Part shown: positions 17,353 through 26,350 of the stretch, in pieces | How positions within the stretch are numbered: the stretch's first letter is position 1 | How the letters are laid out: every line of letters starts with the position of its first letter | NCBI GenBank assembly: GCA_023135195.1 | Contig: JAGLTQ010000129.1 | Span: forward strand, 1 to 26,350 | Direction of reading: 5' to 3' | Length of the DNA stretch: 26,350 nt | Origin: Gammaproteobacteria bacterium | Lineage (GTDB): Bacteria > Pseudomonadota > Gammaproteobacteria > UBA6429 > Thiohalophilaceae | The notes under the pieces: generated by a model | Databases searched by the model: none | What the model saw: only the letters and a program-made list of their open reading frames with translations | Told to the model about the DNA's origin: nothing | Program-made: the position numbers and the translations under genes

Positions 17353-20244
17353 GTGGGTGTAGAAGATTACAGACATATAAAAGTTAAAGATGCAAAAATC
17401 AGTGTGTCGGATAAAAATGAGTTAAATGGTAGTAACTCTAAAGAAAAAAAATATCAAATTAGTTTAAAGCCTGCTGATGTGGCGATTTTACATCCGTCAT
17501 TTTTATGCCCGGTATTAAAAAAAACAGACGATGAATTTAGCATCATTGTTTTAACAGATAAGTTGTTTTTTAATACCTACGAAAAGGCGGAAGGGAAAGA
17601 AGAAAAAAAAGCCGGCCCTGCATTATCTGGCGCAGTGAACCGTTATATAAAAATTGTTAACTGGTCTGAAATAGACAAGTCGTGTCCTGCCAGCAAACCA
17701 TTATTTGAGTCATTAGATGAAGCAAAAGAAAATATTGAAGTTCATTTTTTATGGAAGCTTGATGAGTTAGAAAATCATCTCCTAACAAATAAAGATGAAA
17801 AAATATTTGCTCAAATTGATCCTCGGGTAATGAAAATGTATCAAGACAATGGTCTTGTACATGGTTTTGAAATTGTTATTAAATCATTACCAAATGAATC
17901 TACAGGTCTCTTTGATATCTCATGGATGAATTACGCAAAGCCAAAAGAAGACGATGAGTCGGGATACTTCTTTGAACTGCAAGATGAATATATTGATGAA
18001 TACAATATGGATTATCGTGCGGACTATTTAGATCTTAAGTGTGACGTAGATGATAATGATGCACCATCTTTTACTGAAGAGCCCACCGAAATTCAAAGTT
18101 ATCATCCACTTTATATTTCAGATAAAGAAAGCCTGGATATAGGTCATCTATCGGATGTGCATGTTTCTTCACGCCAGCATATTTTTACTCAAAGTAAAGC
18201 ACGTTTAATCGATGGAAAAGAAGGAGATGATAATCGTTCAGATAAAATTGGAGATATGGTAAATACAAGCTACGCGACACTCAAAGATCTGATGAAGCAA
18301 ATGGGTAGTGATATTGATTTATTGATATTCACCGGTGATTTAATCGATTACAACCGAAACTTCAATCCTGATAATTCAAGTAATGGTATAGAAGAAATAG
18401 AAAATAGTAGTGATATTTGGGCAGCTCTCAATCTTGATAACCTTTCTGATAAACAACAGTACCCAATTGGTATTGATAATCTTGTTATGTATGAGTTATT
18501 TCGCTGGTATTACAAAAAATATAATAAGCCCATTATGTTGGTATCCGGTAATCATGAAGCCTATACCTTGCCGTATGGTATTTCACCAAGAGTGAAACTT
18601 GCTCGTGCTGCTAATAGTTCTTATAACCCTTTCTTCAGTAATAAAACTGAAGATGAGATGATTAAAAAAAGCATCGAACAAGCTAAAGATGATAAGGAAG
18701 AAAGTAAGAAAAAAGGGCCAGATATTTACGATAACAGAGCAAATGAGGGAATTCCTGCGGATCATAATTTAACTATTCCTGAAGCCATACTGATGTACGG
18801 CTCTGATTATGCCCGCATTGTTATGTCAGGTTCGTTTGACATAGGGGGTGAGAAAAATTTTAAAGCAGAAAATCTAGAGTGGTTCTATAAGATATTTACG
18901 CCTCTTAGTAGTTTTATTACCACCTATAACGACCAATGTTTTATCGCTTTGGGTTGGGGTGGTGATGAAAGTTTTATAGATGTTATTCCACTCGAGCAGG
19001 GAAGCTGGTCAAAAGGTGGTGGTTATCTCCCAAGATCTCCTAAGGGTGTGTCTGATGAACAGCTTGCATTACTTGATCGAGCTTTCGAATATGAAAAAGG
19101 CATAAATATTTTGTGTTCACACTTTACCTATATCAATTATGATACGAAGCAACCCATCAGCAAAGAAGGTAACATTAACTATAATGGTTTTTGGCGTGAT
19201 TATTCAAAATATGATTATGGTACTTTTGAGCAGAATCGGTTTTCAGTATACGAGAAAATTAATGGCTTGGATAAAGGGAAAAAAATTCATTACACCTTAT
19301 CTGGTCACTCACACCGTAGCGGCCTTTATCAAGTGATCAATAATGATGTGGATACTTTTCGTTCAAACATGACAGTAAAAGGTATGGTGGTAGGAGAGGA
19401 TAATAGTTTTAATCTAGATGATGAAGATTTAGGTGGATGCCGTATTTTAGTAGCGAGCTGTGGTGGTCCTATCGCAGTACAAAATCATCAAAATGAGTTT
19501 TTTAATTGGGGACTGGACACACCGTCAGGCAATATTATTAAATTTACTGGTGGCAAAGAAGACAATGTCGGTATATTGAGACCAAAAGATGGCTTGGGGA
19601 TACCACGGCTGGCAGTAGCATTAGATTATGCTGATATTTTTTTGCAAGAGGCTGATGGTGAGGATAAAAAAATAGGCAAGGGTAAAGGTTTGTTTTCGAG
19701 CATGGATTCAAGTAAAAATAAAAGCCCATTGACTATTAAAATAAATGAACTATCTAATTTGCTAGCGATTGATTTTATCGATAAAATTTCAATGGTGTTT
19801 TATTCAAAAGAAGGGAATGTTATTAATATAGAAGGTCTTTATGAAAAAAATATCACTACAGGTGATATGGAATTTAAACCTAGTAATAAAGATTTTTATC
19901 AGGATTTTGGTGACTCAGCTGATTATCAGTTTATGGGGTTCATTACGATAAAACTCAAAGCATCTAGCGCTCCAACGGTTAAGCATTATGATACGGAAAA
20001 AAAATGGGTTTATCCGGCACAAATGTTTACACAAAAAAAGCTAGCTCTTGATGGTTTGTCCGAAATTGTTGAGTCCATGTCTGTACAGGGTATAGAGGAC
20101 TATATTATTTCTGATTATGAAGATAGAGAAAAAATGAGAATAAAAAACGAAGTTCGTGGTTATTCTGTACAACGACATAAAAAATACGGCGAAGTGCCCT
20201 TTTTTGATTGGTATGAAAAAAACTTTGAACATGAATATGCATAA
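17353..20244 (+). CDS. Large (963 aa) protein with a central calcineurin-like metallophosphoesterase domain, flanked by ~250-aa N- and C-terminal regions of unknown function.
   Basis: GTG start with GAGGAA six nt upstream. The metallophosphoesterase motif set appears in order: DIGHLSDVHV (D-x-H), LLIFTGDLIDYNRN (GD-x-x-D..N), LVSGNHEA (GNHE), ILCSHFT (H) and LSGHSHRSG (GH-x-H). No signal peptide or TM segment. Acidic and E-rich C-terminus (...DWYEKNFEHEYA). Confidence 0.7.
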   Translation: MGVEDYRHIKVKDAKISVSDKNELNGSNSKEKKYQISLKPADVAILHPSFLCPVLKKTDDEFSIIVLTDKLFFNTYEKAEGKEEKKAGPALSGAVNRYIKIVNWSEIDKSCPASKPLFESLDEAKENIEVHFLWKLDELENHLLTNKDEKIFAQIDPRVMKMYQDNGLVHGFEIVIKSLPNESTGLFDISWMNYAKPKEDDESGYFFELQDEYIDEYNMDYRADYLDLKCDVDDNDAPSFTEEPTEIQSYHPLYISDKESLDIGHLSDVHVSSRQHIFTQSKARLIDGKEGDDNRSDKIGDMVNTSYATLKDLMKQMGSDIDLLIFTGDLIDYNRNFNPDNSSNGIEEIENSSDIWAALNLDNLSDKQQYPIGIDNLVMYELFRWYYKKYNKPIMLVSGNHEAYTLPYGISPRVKLARAANSSYNPFFSNKTEDEMIKKSIEQAKDDKEESKKKGPDIYDNRANEGIPADHNLTIPEAILMYGSDYARIVMSGSFDIGGEKNFKAENLEWFYKIFTPLSSFITTYNDQCFIALGWGGDESFIDVIPLEQGSWSKGGGYLPRSPKGVSDEQLALLDRAFEYEKGINILCSHFTYINYDTKQPISKEGNINYNGFWRDYSKYDYGTFEQNRFSVYEKINGLDKGKKIHYTLSGHSHRSGLYQVINNDVDTFRSNMTVKGMVVGEDNSFNLDDEDLGGCRILVASCGGPIAVQNHQNEFFNWGLDTPSGNIIKFTGGKEDNVGILRPKDGLGIPRLAVALDYADIFLQEADGEDKKIGKGKGLFSSMDSSKNKSPLTIKINELSNLLAIDFIDKISMVFYSKEGNVINIEGLYEKNITTGDMEFKPSNKDFYQDFGDSADYQFMGFITIKLKASSAPTVKHYDTEKKWVYPAQMFTQKKLALDGLSEIVESMSVQGIEDYIISDYEDREKMRIKNEVRGYSVQRHKKYGEVPFFDWYEKNFEHEYA

Positions 20245-21388
20245 CAAAATTATAATAACATTATTACTAAGCATGGCTTTTTTGCTTATGCCGGAGAAAT
20301 CTATGGCCTTTTTTAAAAGTACGTTAAATGTTGATGAGTTTTATCAACTTATTGATGAAGAAACTAAAAGTAATGGAACAACTGCACAAGTCAATAATAT
20401 TGAAATATTAGATTTCACATTAACTGAAAAGAATATTGAAAATATACATTTTAGTAATACCAGCTGGACTAATATAAATGCAGAAAATAAGACCTTTAAT
20501 AATGTTGTTTTCCAAGACTGCTCGTTTAAGAATGTTAACTTTAGAAATTCAACGCTAATTAATGTTGTATTCAAAAACTGTGATCTTAAAAATGTTGTTT
20601 TAAATAACAGCACAATTAAAAATTTACGTTTTGAGAGCAGTAAACTCATTAGTACAGACACAAATGTCAAAAATAGTTATAGAGAGCTTGTTGCGGATAA
20701 AATCAAATTTGACAAATCAGAGCTTAAAAATATTAATTTCTTTGATAGCAAAGCAGAGTTTTATTTTAATAATAGCAAGCTAGATGATGTCACTGGGATG
20801 GGGTTAAAGTCAGGATCGGCATTATACTTTAATAACGTTAATGCATTTGATATTGATTTTAGTAGTTCAAATTTATCAACCCTCGAAGTTAAAAACAGCA
20901 CTATAAAAAACTCAAAAGCTAATGGCTGTACTATTGGCACGCTACTACTCGAAGATAGTAAGCTTGATTTCCCTATTGGTTTTGGTAAAAGCTATGAAAC
21001 GGTAATTGCAAAGAATGCTGGCAGCGTTCTTGTTGCAGGTACACCTACTAAAAAAATTAATATATCTAGCTGTCCTAAAGACACTCGAGTAGTGTCATTT
21101 GGTGGAGATGCTTTCGATTCAGTTGAAATAGAAGGCTGTAATGCGAGTGAAATAAAATTTTATAGATCAACAGGTAGATATGTGTCCATTGAAAATGCTG
21201 ATGTATATATGTTGGATTTTAGCTCATCGAATATTGAACATTTAAAATTAAATAACGTTAATATTAGAACGGAGCTGTATTATGATAATACCAATATCAA
21301 AAAACTGGAAGCCACTAACATTAGTTTTGAAGATGGGCTTGAACATACCAGAGAAGGCTCTAATATTGAGATTAAGGCAGACAAATAA
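20213..21388 (+). CDS. Secreted pentapeptide-repeat protein. The start is uncertain: candidates are the ATG at 20213, 20231 or 20237, and all overlap the upstream gene's 3' end.
   Basis: The N-terminus MKKTLNMNMHNKIIITLLLSMAFLLMPEKSMA looks like a Sec signal peptide with an AxA-type cleavage site. The centre has tandem 5-residue repeats (NVVFQDCSFKNVNFRNSTLINVVFKNCDLKNVVLNNSTIKNLRFESSKL), consistent with a pentapeptide-repeat beta-helix. It overlaps the upstream gene by 14-32 nt, suggesting translational coupling. Confidence 0.65.
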   Translation: MKKTLNMNMHNKIIITLLLSMAFLLMPEKSMAFFKSTLNVDEFYQLIDEETKSNGTTAQVNNIEILDFTLTEKNIENIHFSNTSWTNINAENKTFNNVVFQDCSFKNVNFRNSTLINVVFKNCDLKNVVLNNSTIKNLRFESSKLISTDTNVKNSYRELVADKIKFDKSELKNINFFDSKAEFYFNNSKLDDVTGMGLKSGSALYFNNVNAFDIDFSSSNLSTLEVKNSTIKNSKANGCTIGTLLLEDSKLDFPIGFGKSYETVIAKNAGSVLVAGTPTKKINISSCPKDTRVVSFGGDAFDSVEIEGCNASEIKFYRSTGRYVSIENADVYMLDFSSSNIEHLKLNNVNIRTELYYDNTNIKKLEATNISFEDGLEHTREGSNIEIKADK

Positions 21389-21432
21389 GTTAGGAATGCT
21401 GGACTAAACAAAATAACCTGGTTTGAATCTGT

Positions 21433-21861
21433 ATGAGAAAACCTGTTGAAATAATCCAGGGAGATAAATCGTTACGGCTTAATTTGTATATTATTGTCGC
21501 GTCTTATCTTCTGATTGTTATATTGATTGAGCCCGCAATTGATTTTTTATTGCTCTCGCTTCTAGAACAGAAGTCTCCCGCTTCTATTGAACAAATTAAT
21601 CAAATAAAGCTTATTGTTAGTACCTTAATTTATGTTTTATTAGGCTTAATTCCTGCCATATTTACTAGCTGGTTTGGTTATCGTGTCGTAGCATCGTCTA
21701 AGCTGCCTCCAGTCTTGTTATCGGGAAAAACACATTTCCCTTTTACCGTTGTGGTTATTAAAGGGCGATCTGCAAAAATGTTTGGATTGTTAACAATTAT
21801 CATTTCTTTAGTACTTATTTTTCAGTTGTTTTTACACTTAATAAAAATACTTTTTTTATAG
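21433..21861 (+). CDS. Hypothetical small integral membrane protein (142 aa, 3-4 predicted TM helices).
   Basis: Complete ORF with hydrophobic stretches at 17-40, 58-82 and 115-140. Same strand as the preceding operon, 44 nt downstream of it. Confidence 0.5.
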   Translation: MRKPVEIIQGDKSLRLNLYIIVASYLLIVILIEPAIDFLLLSLLEQKSPASIEQINQIKLIVSTLIYVLLGLIPAIFTSWFGYRVVASSKLPPVLLSGKTHFPFTVVVIKGRSAKMFGLLTIIISLVLIFQLFLHLIKILFL

Positions 21862-21940
21862 TTTGTCGCTTGCACTTTATTTCTTAAGTTAAGTCTTATT
21901 TGGCCGATAAAATACGTACTAAAAGCGTAATAGGACTTTC

Positions 21941-23062
21941 ATGCATAACTTAACCGAAACATTAGCTGAACAACTTAATATCACTAAGACTGAAATAGAG
22001 CGTCGCAAGAAGCTATTAGGATTCACAGAAAGAGATGTGGAACAGTTGGTGTTTTTTAAACCGATGATTGCGAAACATTTAAGTGGAATTATTAAAAACT
22101 TTTATGATTTTATGACTGGCTTTAACGAGGTTTCTTCGATTATCGGCGATGCTGAAACAATGCGGCGTTTATCCAGTGCGATGAATATGTATGTGCTCGA
22201 TTTATTTGATGGGCAGTATGATGAGGATTATGTCAATAAACGATTAAGAATTGGGCTAGTGCATAAGCGTATTGGGGTGCCATCCGAACTTTATTTAGCG
22301 GGTATATATCAACTTCAGTTAAATTTACATAACACGATGGCCATGTATGAATTCGATGAAGAAAAAATTAATGGCGAAACTATTAGTGTTTTTGCAGCAA
22401 AACAATCGATTAATAAACTATTAATGTTTGATATGCAGTTTGTATTAGATACATATTTTTCAAGCTTAATGAAAGAAGTCCAAACCGCAAAAGAAGAACT
22501 CAATGTGTACACTACTTCATTGGAAAAAATAATTGAAGAAAGAACGCATGAACTTGAAGAATCATCAATGCGAGATATGTTATCTGGATTATATAATCAG
22601 CGTGCATTTTTTGAGCAACTAAGAAGAGAGCTTTCTAATGCAGAACGGTATAAAGAATCATTGGTTCTTTGTTATCTTGACTTAAATAATTTTAAAATTA
22701 TTAATGATGATAACGGTCATCAGGCAGGAGATAAGATATTAGCTTTGGTTGGCAAAATTATAACAAATTGTTTGCGGGGATCTGATATAGGTTGCCGTTA
22801 CGGTGGAGATGAATTTGCGATTATTTTACCGCATACAACACTGGATGATATTGATATTTTCACTACACGTTTAATTGAAGATTTTGAAGCTGAAGATATG
22901 CACGGTGTGAGTTTTAGTATGGGAATAGCCAGTGTTGGCCCAGAAGAATTTGTGAATTATGAAGTTTTACTAAAAGCAGCAGATACCGAGATGTATAAGG
23001 CAAAGGAAAAAAATAAAAAAAGTGCTGGATTTTATATTTCAACTATTTACGTTAGAGAATAA
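21941..23062 (+). CDS. Globin-coupled sensor diguanylate cyclase (N-terminal protoglobin/globin-sensor domain plus C-terminal GGDEF domain), DosC-like.
   Basis: The C-terminus has GGDEF (GCRYGGDEFAIILP) and the upstream RAFFEQ/DLNNFKIINDDNGHQAGD I-site region. The N-terminal ~160 aa carry the globin-sensor hallmark RLRIGLVHKRIGVPSELY, a proximal-His-containing segment. Confidence 0.75.
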   Translation: MHNLTETLAEQLNITKTEIERRKKLLGFTERDVEQLVFFKPMIAKHLSGIIKNFYDFMTGFNEVSSIIGDAETMRRLSSAMNMYVLDLFDGQYDEDYVNKRLRIGLVHKRIGVPSELYLAGIYQLQLNLHNTMAMYEFDEEKINGETISVFAAKQSINKLLMFDMQFVLDTYFSSLMKEVQTAKEELNVYTTSLEKIIEERTHELEESSMRDMLSGLYNQRAFFEQLRRELSNAERYKESLVLCYLDLNNFKIINDDNGHQAGDKILALVGKIITNCLRGSDIGCRYGGDEFAIILPHTTLDDIDIFTTRLIEDFEAEDMHGVSFSMGIASVGPEEFVNYEVLLKAADTEMYKAKEKNKKSAGFYISTIYVRE

Positions 23063-23174
23063 ATTCTTTTCAGTCATATTTTTCCCATCTACGGTCAAAG
23101 TTTAATCGTGTTCCCCATGCTTTAAATCTGTTAATATTGCCCTGTTTTTATTCCCGCAAAGAGATAGTATTAAA

Positions 23175-26100
23175 ATGGCAGATATCCTAGACATTCTTAA
23201 GCAGCGTATCGTTATTCTCGATGGCGCAATGGGCAGTTTAATCCAGACTTATAAGCTGGATGAAGCAGGTTATCGAGGTGAGCGTTTTGCTGATTGGCCA
23301 TCAGATGTAAAGGGCAATAATGATTTATTGGTCTTAACACAACCACAAATTATTAAAGATATTCATAAAGCCTACCTTGAAGTCGGCGCCGATATTGTCG
23401 AAACGAATACCTTCAATGCGACCTCAATCTCCATGGCAGATTACGGCATGGAAGAGCTTACTTATGAAATTAATTTTGAAGCTGCCCGACTTGCCAAAGA
23501 AGCATGTAATGAAATTGAAGAGAAAGAAGCAGACGATGCACATGGAAGTGCGAGTGTCGCGGGAGGCACGAGCCCAGGGATGGGCGAAGGTAGAACAATG
23601 CAGGAGCAATTGTCGAGGACGCCGGAAGCGACCAAGCCGCGTTTTGTTGCCGGTGTTCTTGGCCCAACCAATAGAACATGTAGTTTATCACCGGATGTGA
23701 ATAATCCGGGTTTCCGTAACATTACCTTTGATCAGCTTAAAGTGGCTTATACCGAATCATTGAGTGGTTTGATTAATGGTGGTGCAGACATCATTCTGGT
23801 CGAAACAATTTTCGATACTTTAAACGCAAAAGCGGCTTTATTTGCGATTGAAGAATATTTTGCGAATAACAATATGACTTTGCCGGTAATGATCTCCGGT
23901 ACTATTACCGATGCATCTGGCCGTACCTTATCAGGTCAAACTGCAGAAGCTTTCTGGAATTCGTTAAACCATATCAAGCCAATCAGTTTTGGTTTTAATT
24001 GTGCATTAGGGGCAACTGAACTTCGTCCTTATATTGAAGAGATTTCAGGCTTGGCCAATTGCCATATCAATACGCATCCCAATGCAGGATTACCTAATGA
24101 ATTTGGTGAATATGACGAAACACCTGAAGCAATGGCCGCTGAAATTGAAGACTGGGCAAAAAATGGCTATCTCAATATTATCGGTGGTTGCTGTGGTACA
24201 ACGCCTGCACACATTAAAGCGATTGCCGATGCAGTTGGCAAATACCCGCCACGCAAAATCCCGGATATCCCGGTTGCTTGTCGTTTAAGTGGTTTAGAAC
24301 CTTTTAATATTACTAAAGATTCTTTATTCGCAAATGTGGGTGAACGTACTAATGTTACCGGTTCAGCAAAATTCAAACGTTTAATTCTCGAAGAACAATA
24401 TGATGAAGCATTAACAGTAGCGCGTGAGCAAGTTGAAAGCGGCGCACAGATCATTGATATCAACATGGATGAAGGCATGCTTGATGGCGAGAAAGCCATG
24501 ACAACCTTTTTAAATCTGATTGCATCTGAACCTGATATTTCGCGTGTGCCAATTATGATTGATTCATCCAAATGGCCGATTATCGAAGAAGGTTTAAAGT
24601 GTATCCAGGGTAAAGGTATTGTTAATTCAATTTCACTGAAAGAAGGTGAAGAGAATTTTATTAAACAAGCCAGGTTGTGTCGTCAGTATGGTGCCGCGAT
24701 TATTGTTATGGCGTTTGATGAAACAGGTCAGGCCGACACCATGCAGCGCAAAATAGAAATTTGTGCCCGCGCGTATAAAGTCTTAACTGAAAAAGTAAAC
24801 TTCTCGCCAGAAGATATTATTTTTGATCCAAATATCTTTGCCATCGCAACGGGTATAGAAGAGCATAATAATTACGGTGTTGATTTTATTGAAGCAACAC
24901 GTGTGATTAAAAATACCTTACCGCATGCAATGGTTAGTGGCGGTGTTTCAAACGTTTCATTCTCTTTCCGTGGTAATAACCCTGTACGTGAAGCGATTCA
25001 TGCGGTCTTTTTATATCACGCGATCAAAGCAGGTATGGACATGGGGATTGTTAATGCGGGTCAGTTAGCCATCTTAGATGATATTCCAAAAGAATTACGC
25101 ACTGCTGTTGAAGATGTTGTTTTAAATAAAGATGATGGTGCAACCGAACGTTTACTCGATATTGCTGCAGAGTTTATGGGTGACGGTTCTACTAAGAAAA
25201 AAGTAGAAGATCTTGAATGGCGCAAATTACCCGTTGCGAAACGTATCGAGCATGCATTAGTCAAAGGTATTGATACTTATGTTGTAGAGGATACTGAAGA
25301 AGCGCGCAAAGAATTTGCAGCACCGATTGAAGTAATTGAAGGCCCACTCATGGATGGCATGAATGTGGTTGGTGATCTCTTTGGTGATGGTAAAATGTTT
25401 TTACCACAAGTGGTGAAGTCTGCGCGTGTTATGAAAAAGGCCGTGGCTTATTTAATGCCTTATATTGAAGATGAAAAAGATGGCGCAGTACAAAGTAACG
25501 GTAAGATCTTAATGGCAACCGTTAAAGGCGATGTGCACGATATAGGTAAAAATATTGTTGGCGTGGTATTGCAGTGTAATAACTTTGAAATTGTTGATAT
25601 GGGTGTCATGGTTGCAGCCAAAGATATTTTGGAAAAAGCCAAAGAAGAAAATGTTGATATTATTGGTTTAAGTGGTTTGATCACGCCATCACTCGATGAA
25701 ATGGTGCACATGGCCAAAGAAATGGAGCGCCTTGGTTTTAAAGTGCCGATGATGATCGGTGGTGCAACAACATCAAAAGCACATACTGCGGTTAAGATAG
25801 ATCAACATTATCATGGTGCAAATGTGTGGGTTAAAGATGCTTCGCGTGCAGTAGGTGTTGCGCAAAAACTCATAAGTAAAAATTCAAAAGAAGATTTCAT
25901 AAAAGATTTGGCAGTAGATTATGAGAAAGTGCGTATCGCTCACGCAGGAAGACGTGCACAAACAAAATGGTTATCACTGGAGCAAGCTCGGGAAAATAAA
26001 CAACAAATTGATTGGGATGAATATACTCCACCTGTACCAAGTGATTTAGGTTTGCAGGTTTTTGACGATATGCCCTTAGAGTTTTTAGTGCCTTACATAG

Positions 26101-26350
26101 ATTGGACGCCCTTCTTCCACACGTGGGAATTAAAAGGTTCCTATCCAAAAATTTTAGAAGATGCAGAAAAAGGTGAAGAAGCAACTAAATTATTTGCTGA
26201 TGCTGAAGAAATGCTGGCAAAAATTGTTGATGAGCGTTGGATTAAAGCTCGTGCTGTTGTTGGTATGTTCCCTGCGAACAGTATTAATGATGATGATATT
26301 GAAGTCTATACAGATGAATCACGCGAAGAGGTTAAAGTTACTTTACATCA
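23175..26350 (+). CDS. metH: Cobalamin-dependent methionine synthase MetH, 5' ~1058 codons; the gene runs off the window's right edge.
   Basis: Hand translation from the ATG at 23175 is continuous to 26350 and collinear with E. coli MetH. Matching blocks include [39 protein letters not shown], the pterin-binding [18 protein letters not shown] and the B12-binding DxHxxG ([12 protein letters not shown]). The ORF track does not list it because no stop codon falls inside the window. Confidence 0.9.
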   Translation, partial: MADILDILKQRIVILDGAMGSLIQTYKLDEAGYRGERFADWPSDVKGNNDLLVLTQPQIIKDIHKAYLEVGADIVETNTFNATSISMADYGMEELTYEINFEAARLAKEACNEIEEKEADDAHGSASVAGGTSPGMGEGRTMQEQLSRTPEATKPRFVAGVLGPTNRTCSLSPDVNNPGFRNITFDQLKVAYTESLSGLINGGADIILVETIFDTLNAKAALFAIEEYFANNNMTLPVMISGTITDASGRTLSGQTAEAFWNSLNHIKPISFGFNCALGATELRPYIEEISGLANCHINTHPNAGLPNEFGEYDETPEAMAAEIEDWAKNGYLNIIGGCCGTTPAHIKAIADAVGKYPPRKIPDIPVACRLSGLEPFNITKDSLFANVGERTNVTGSAKFKRLILEEQYDEALTVAREQVESGAQIIDINMDEGMLDGEKAMTTFLNLIASEPDISRVPIMIDSSKWPIIEEGLKCIQGKGIVNSISLKEGEENFIKQARLCRQYGAAIIVMAFDETGQADTMQRKIEICARAYKVLTEKVNFSPEDIIFDPNIFAIATGIEEHNNYGVDFIEATRVIKNTLPHAMVSGGVSNVSFSFRGNNPVREAIHAVFLYHAIKAGMDMGIVNAGQLAILDDIPKELRTAVEDVVLNKDDGATERLLDIAAEFMGDGSTKKKVEDLEWRKLPVAKRIEHALVKGIDTYVVEDTEEARKEFAAPIEVIEGPLMDGMNVVGDLFGDGKMFLPQVVKSARVMKKAVAYLMPYIEDEKDGAVQSNGKILMATVKGDVHDIGKNIVGVVLQCNNFEIVDMGVMVAAKDILEKAKEENVDIIGLSGLITPSLDEMVHMAKEMERLGFKVPMMIGGATTSKAHTAVKIDQHYHGANVWVKDASRAVGVAQKLISKNSKEDFIKDLAVDYEKVRIAHAGRRAQTKWLSLEQARENKQQIDWDEYTPPVPSDLGLQVFDDMPLEFLVPYIDWTPFFHTWELKGSYPKILEDAEKGEEATKLFADAEEMLAKIVDERWIKARAVVGMFPANSINDDDIEVYTDESREEVKVTLH

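Noticed and set aside
20156-20230. ORF-track start at 20156 for the pentapeptide-repeat gene, giving an 80-nt overlap with the 963-aa gene.
   Set aside because: The signal-peptide logic (n-region MKK, then hydrophobic core, then SMA cleavage site) favours a start at 20213, 20231 or 20237. The upstream extension would bury the signal peptide internally.
23377-26184. Cluster of plus- and minus-strand ORFs over the metH region (23377-23722, 24034-24571, 25061-25717, 25897-26184).
   Set aside because: Hand translation shows a single continuous metH frame from 23175 to the window end. The ORF tool omits it only because it has no in-window stop. The listed ORFs are shadows, and the 23377-23722 set is an artefact of the GC-rich insertion.
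1-26350. CRISPR arrays, rRNA/tRNA genes, integrase/transposase genes and prophage boundaries.
   Set aside because: No tandem direct repeats with regular spacers were seen. No GC-rich cloverleaf-sized conserved segments stood out in the intergenic regions. No recombinase-like ORFs were found. tRNAs cannot be fully excluded by eye and should be confirmed with tRNAscan-SE.

Overview
This is a 26.35 kb AT-rich (about 38-40% GC) chromosomal segment. The gene content looks gammaproteobacterial, possibly a Legionellales-like organism; that lineage guess is inference only. Most of the window is conserved housekeeping or core-accessory genes. These include the argS 5' end, a flotillin/YqiK-like SPFH protein with a 457-aa membrane-anchored partner, and a djlC-like J-domain membrane protein paired with hscC. 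They also include priA, a fructosamine-kinase-family gene, degV, ttcA, a qmcA-ybbJ(NfeD) operon with a DUF3592-like membrane protein and a rhodanese, a globin-coupled GGDEF diguanylate cyclase, and the first ~1058 codons of metH. Six things stand out. (1) An uncharacterised, tightly coupled operon at 16419-21861: a 305-aa orphan, a 963-aa protein with a complete calcineurin-like metallophosphoesterase motif set, a signal-peptide-bearing pentapeptide-repeat protein and a small membrane protein. No mobile-element context is visible around it. (2) A 224-bp GC-richer element bounded by 22-bp perfect terminal inverted repeats (29 bp with one mismatch), wedged between the convergent kinase and degV stop codons. 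(3) Three tightly spaced consensus DnaA boxes in a DARS-like arrangement, in a 539-bp AT-rich intergenic region upstream of priA. (4) A 58-aa four-cysteine ORF with a perfect Shine-Dalgarno that is missing from the ORF track, sharing a bidirectional intrinsic terminator with its convergent neighbour. (5) A ~100-nt in-frame GC-rich insertion inside the metH homocysteine-binding domain. (6) A 12-codon ORF with five cysteine codons in the same long leader region. No CRISPR array, rRNA, tRNA, transposase or integrase gene was seen.
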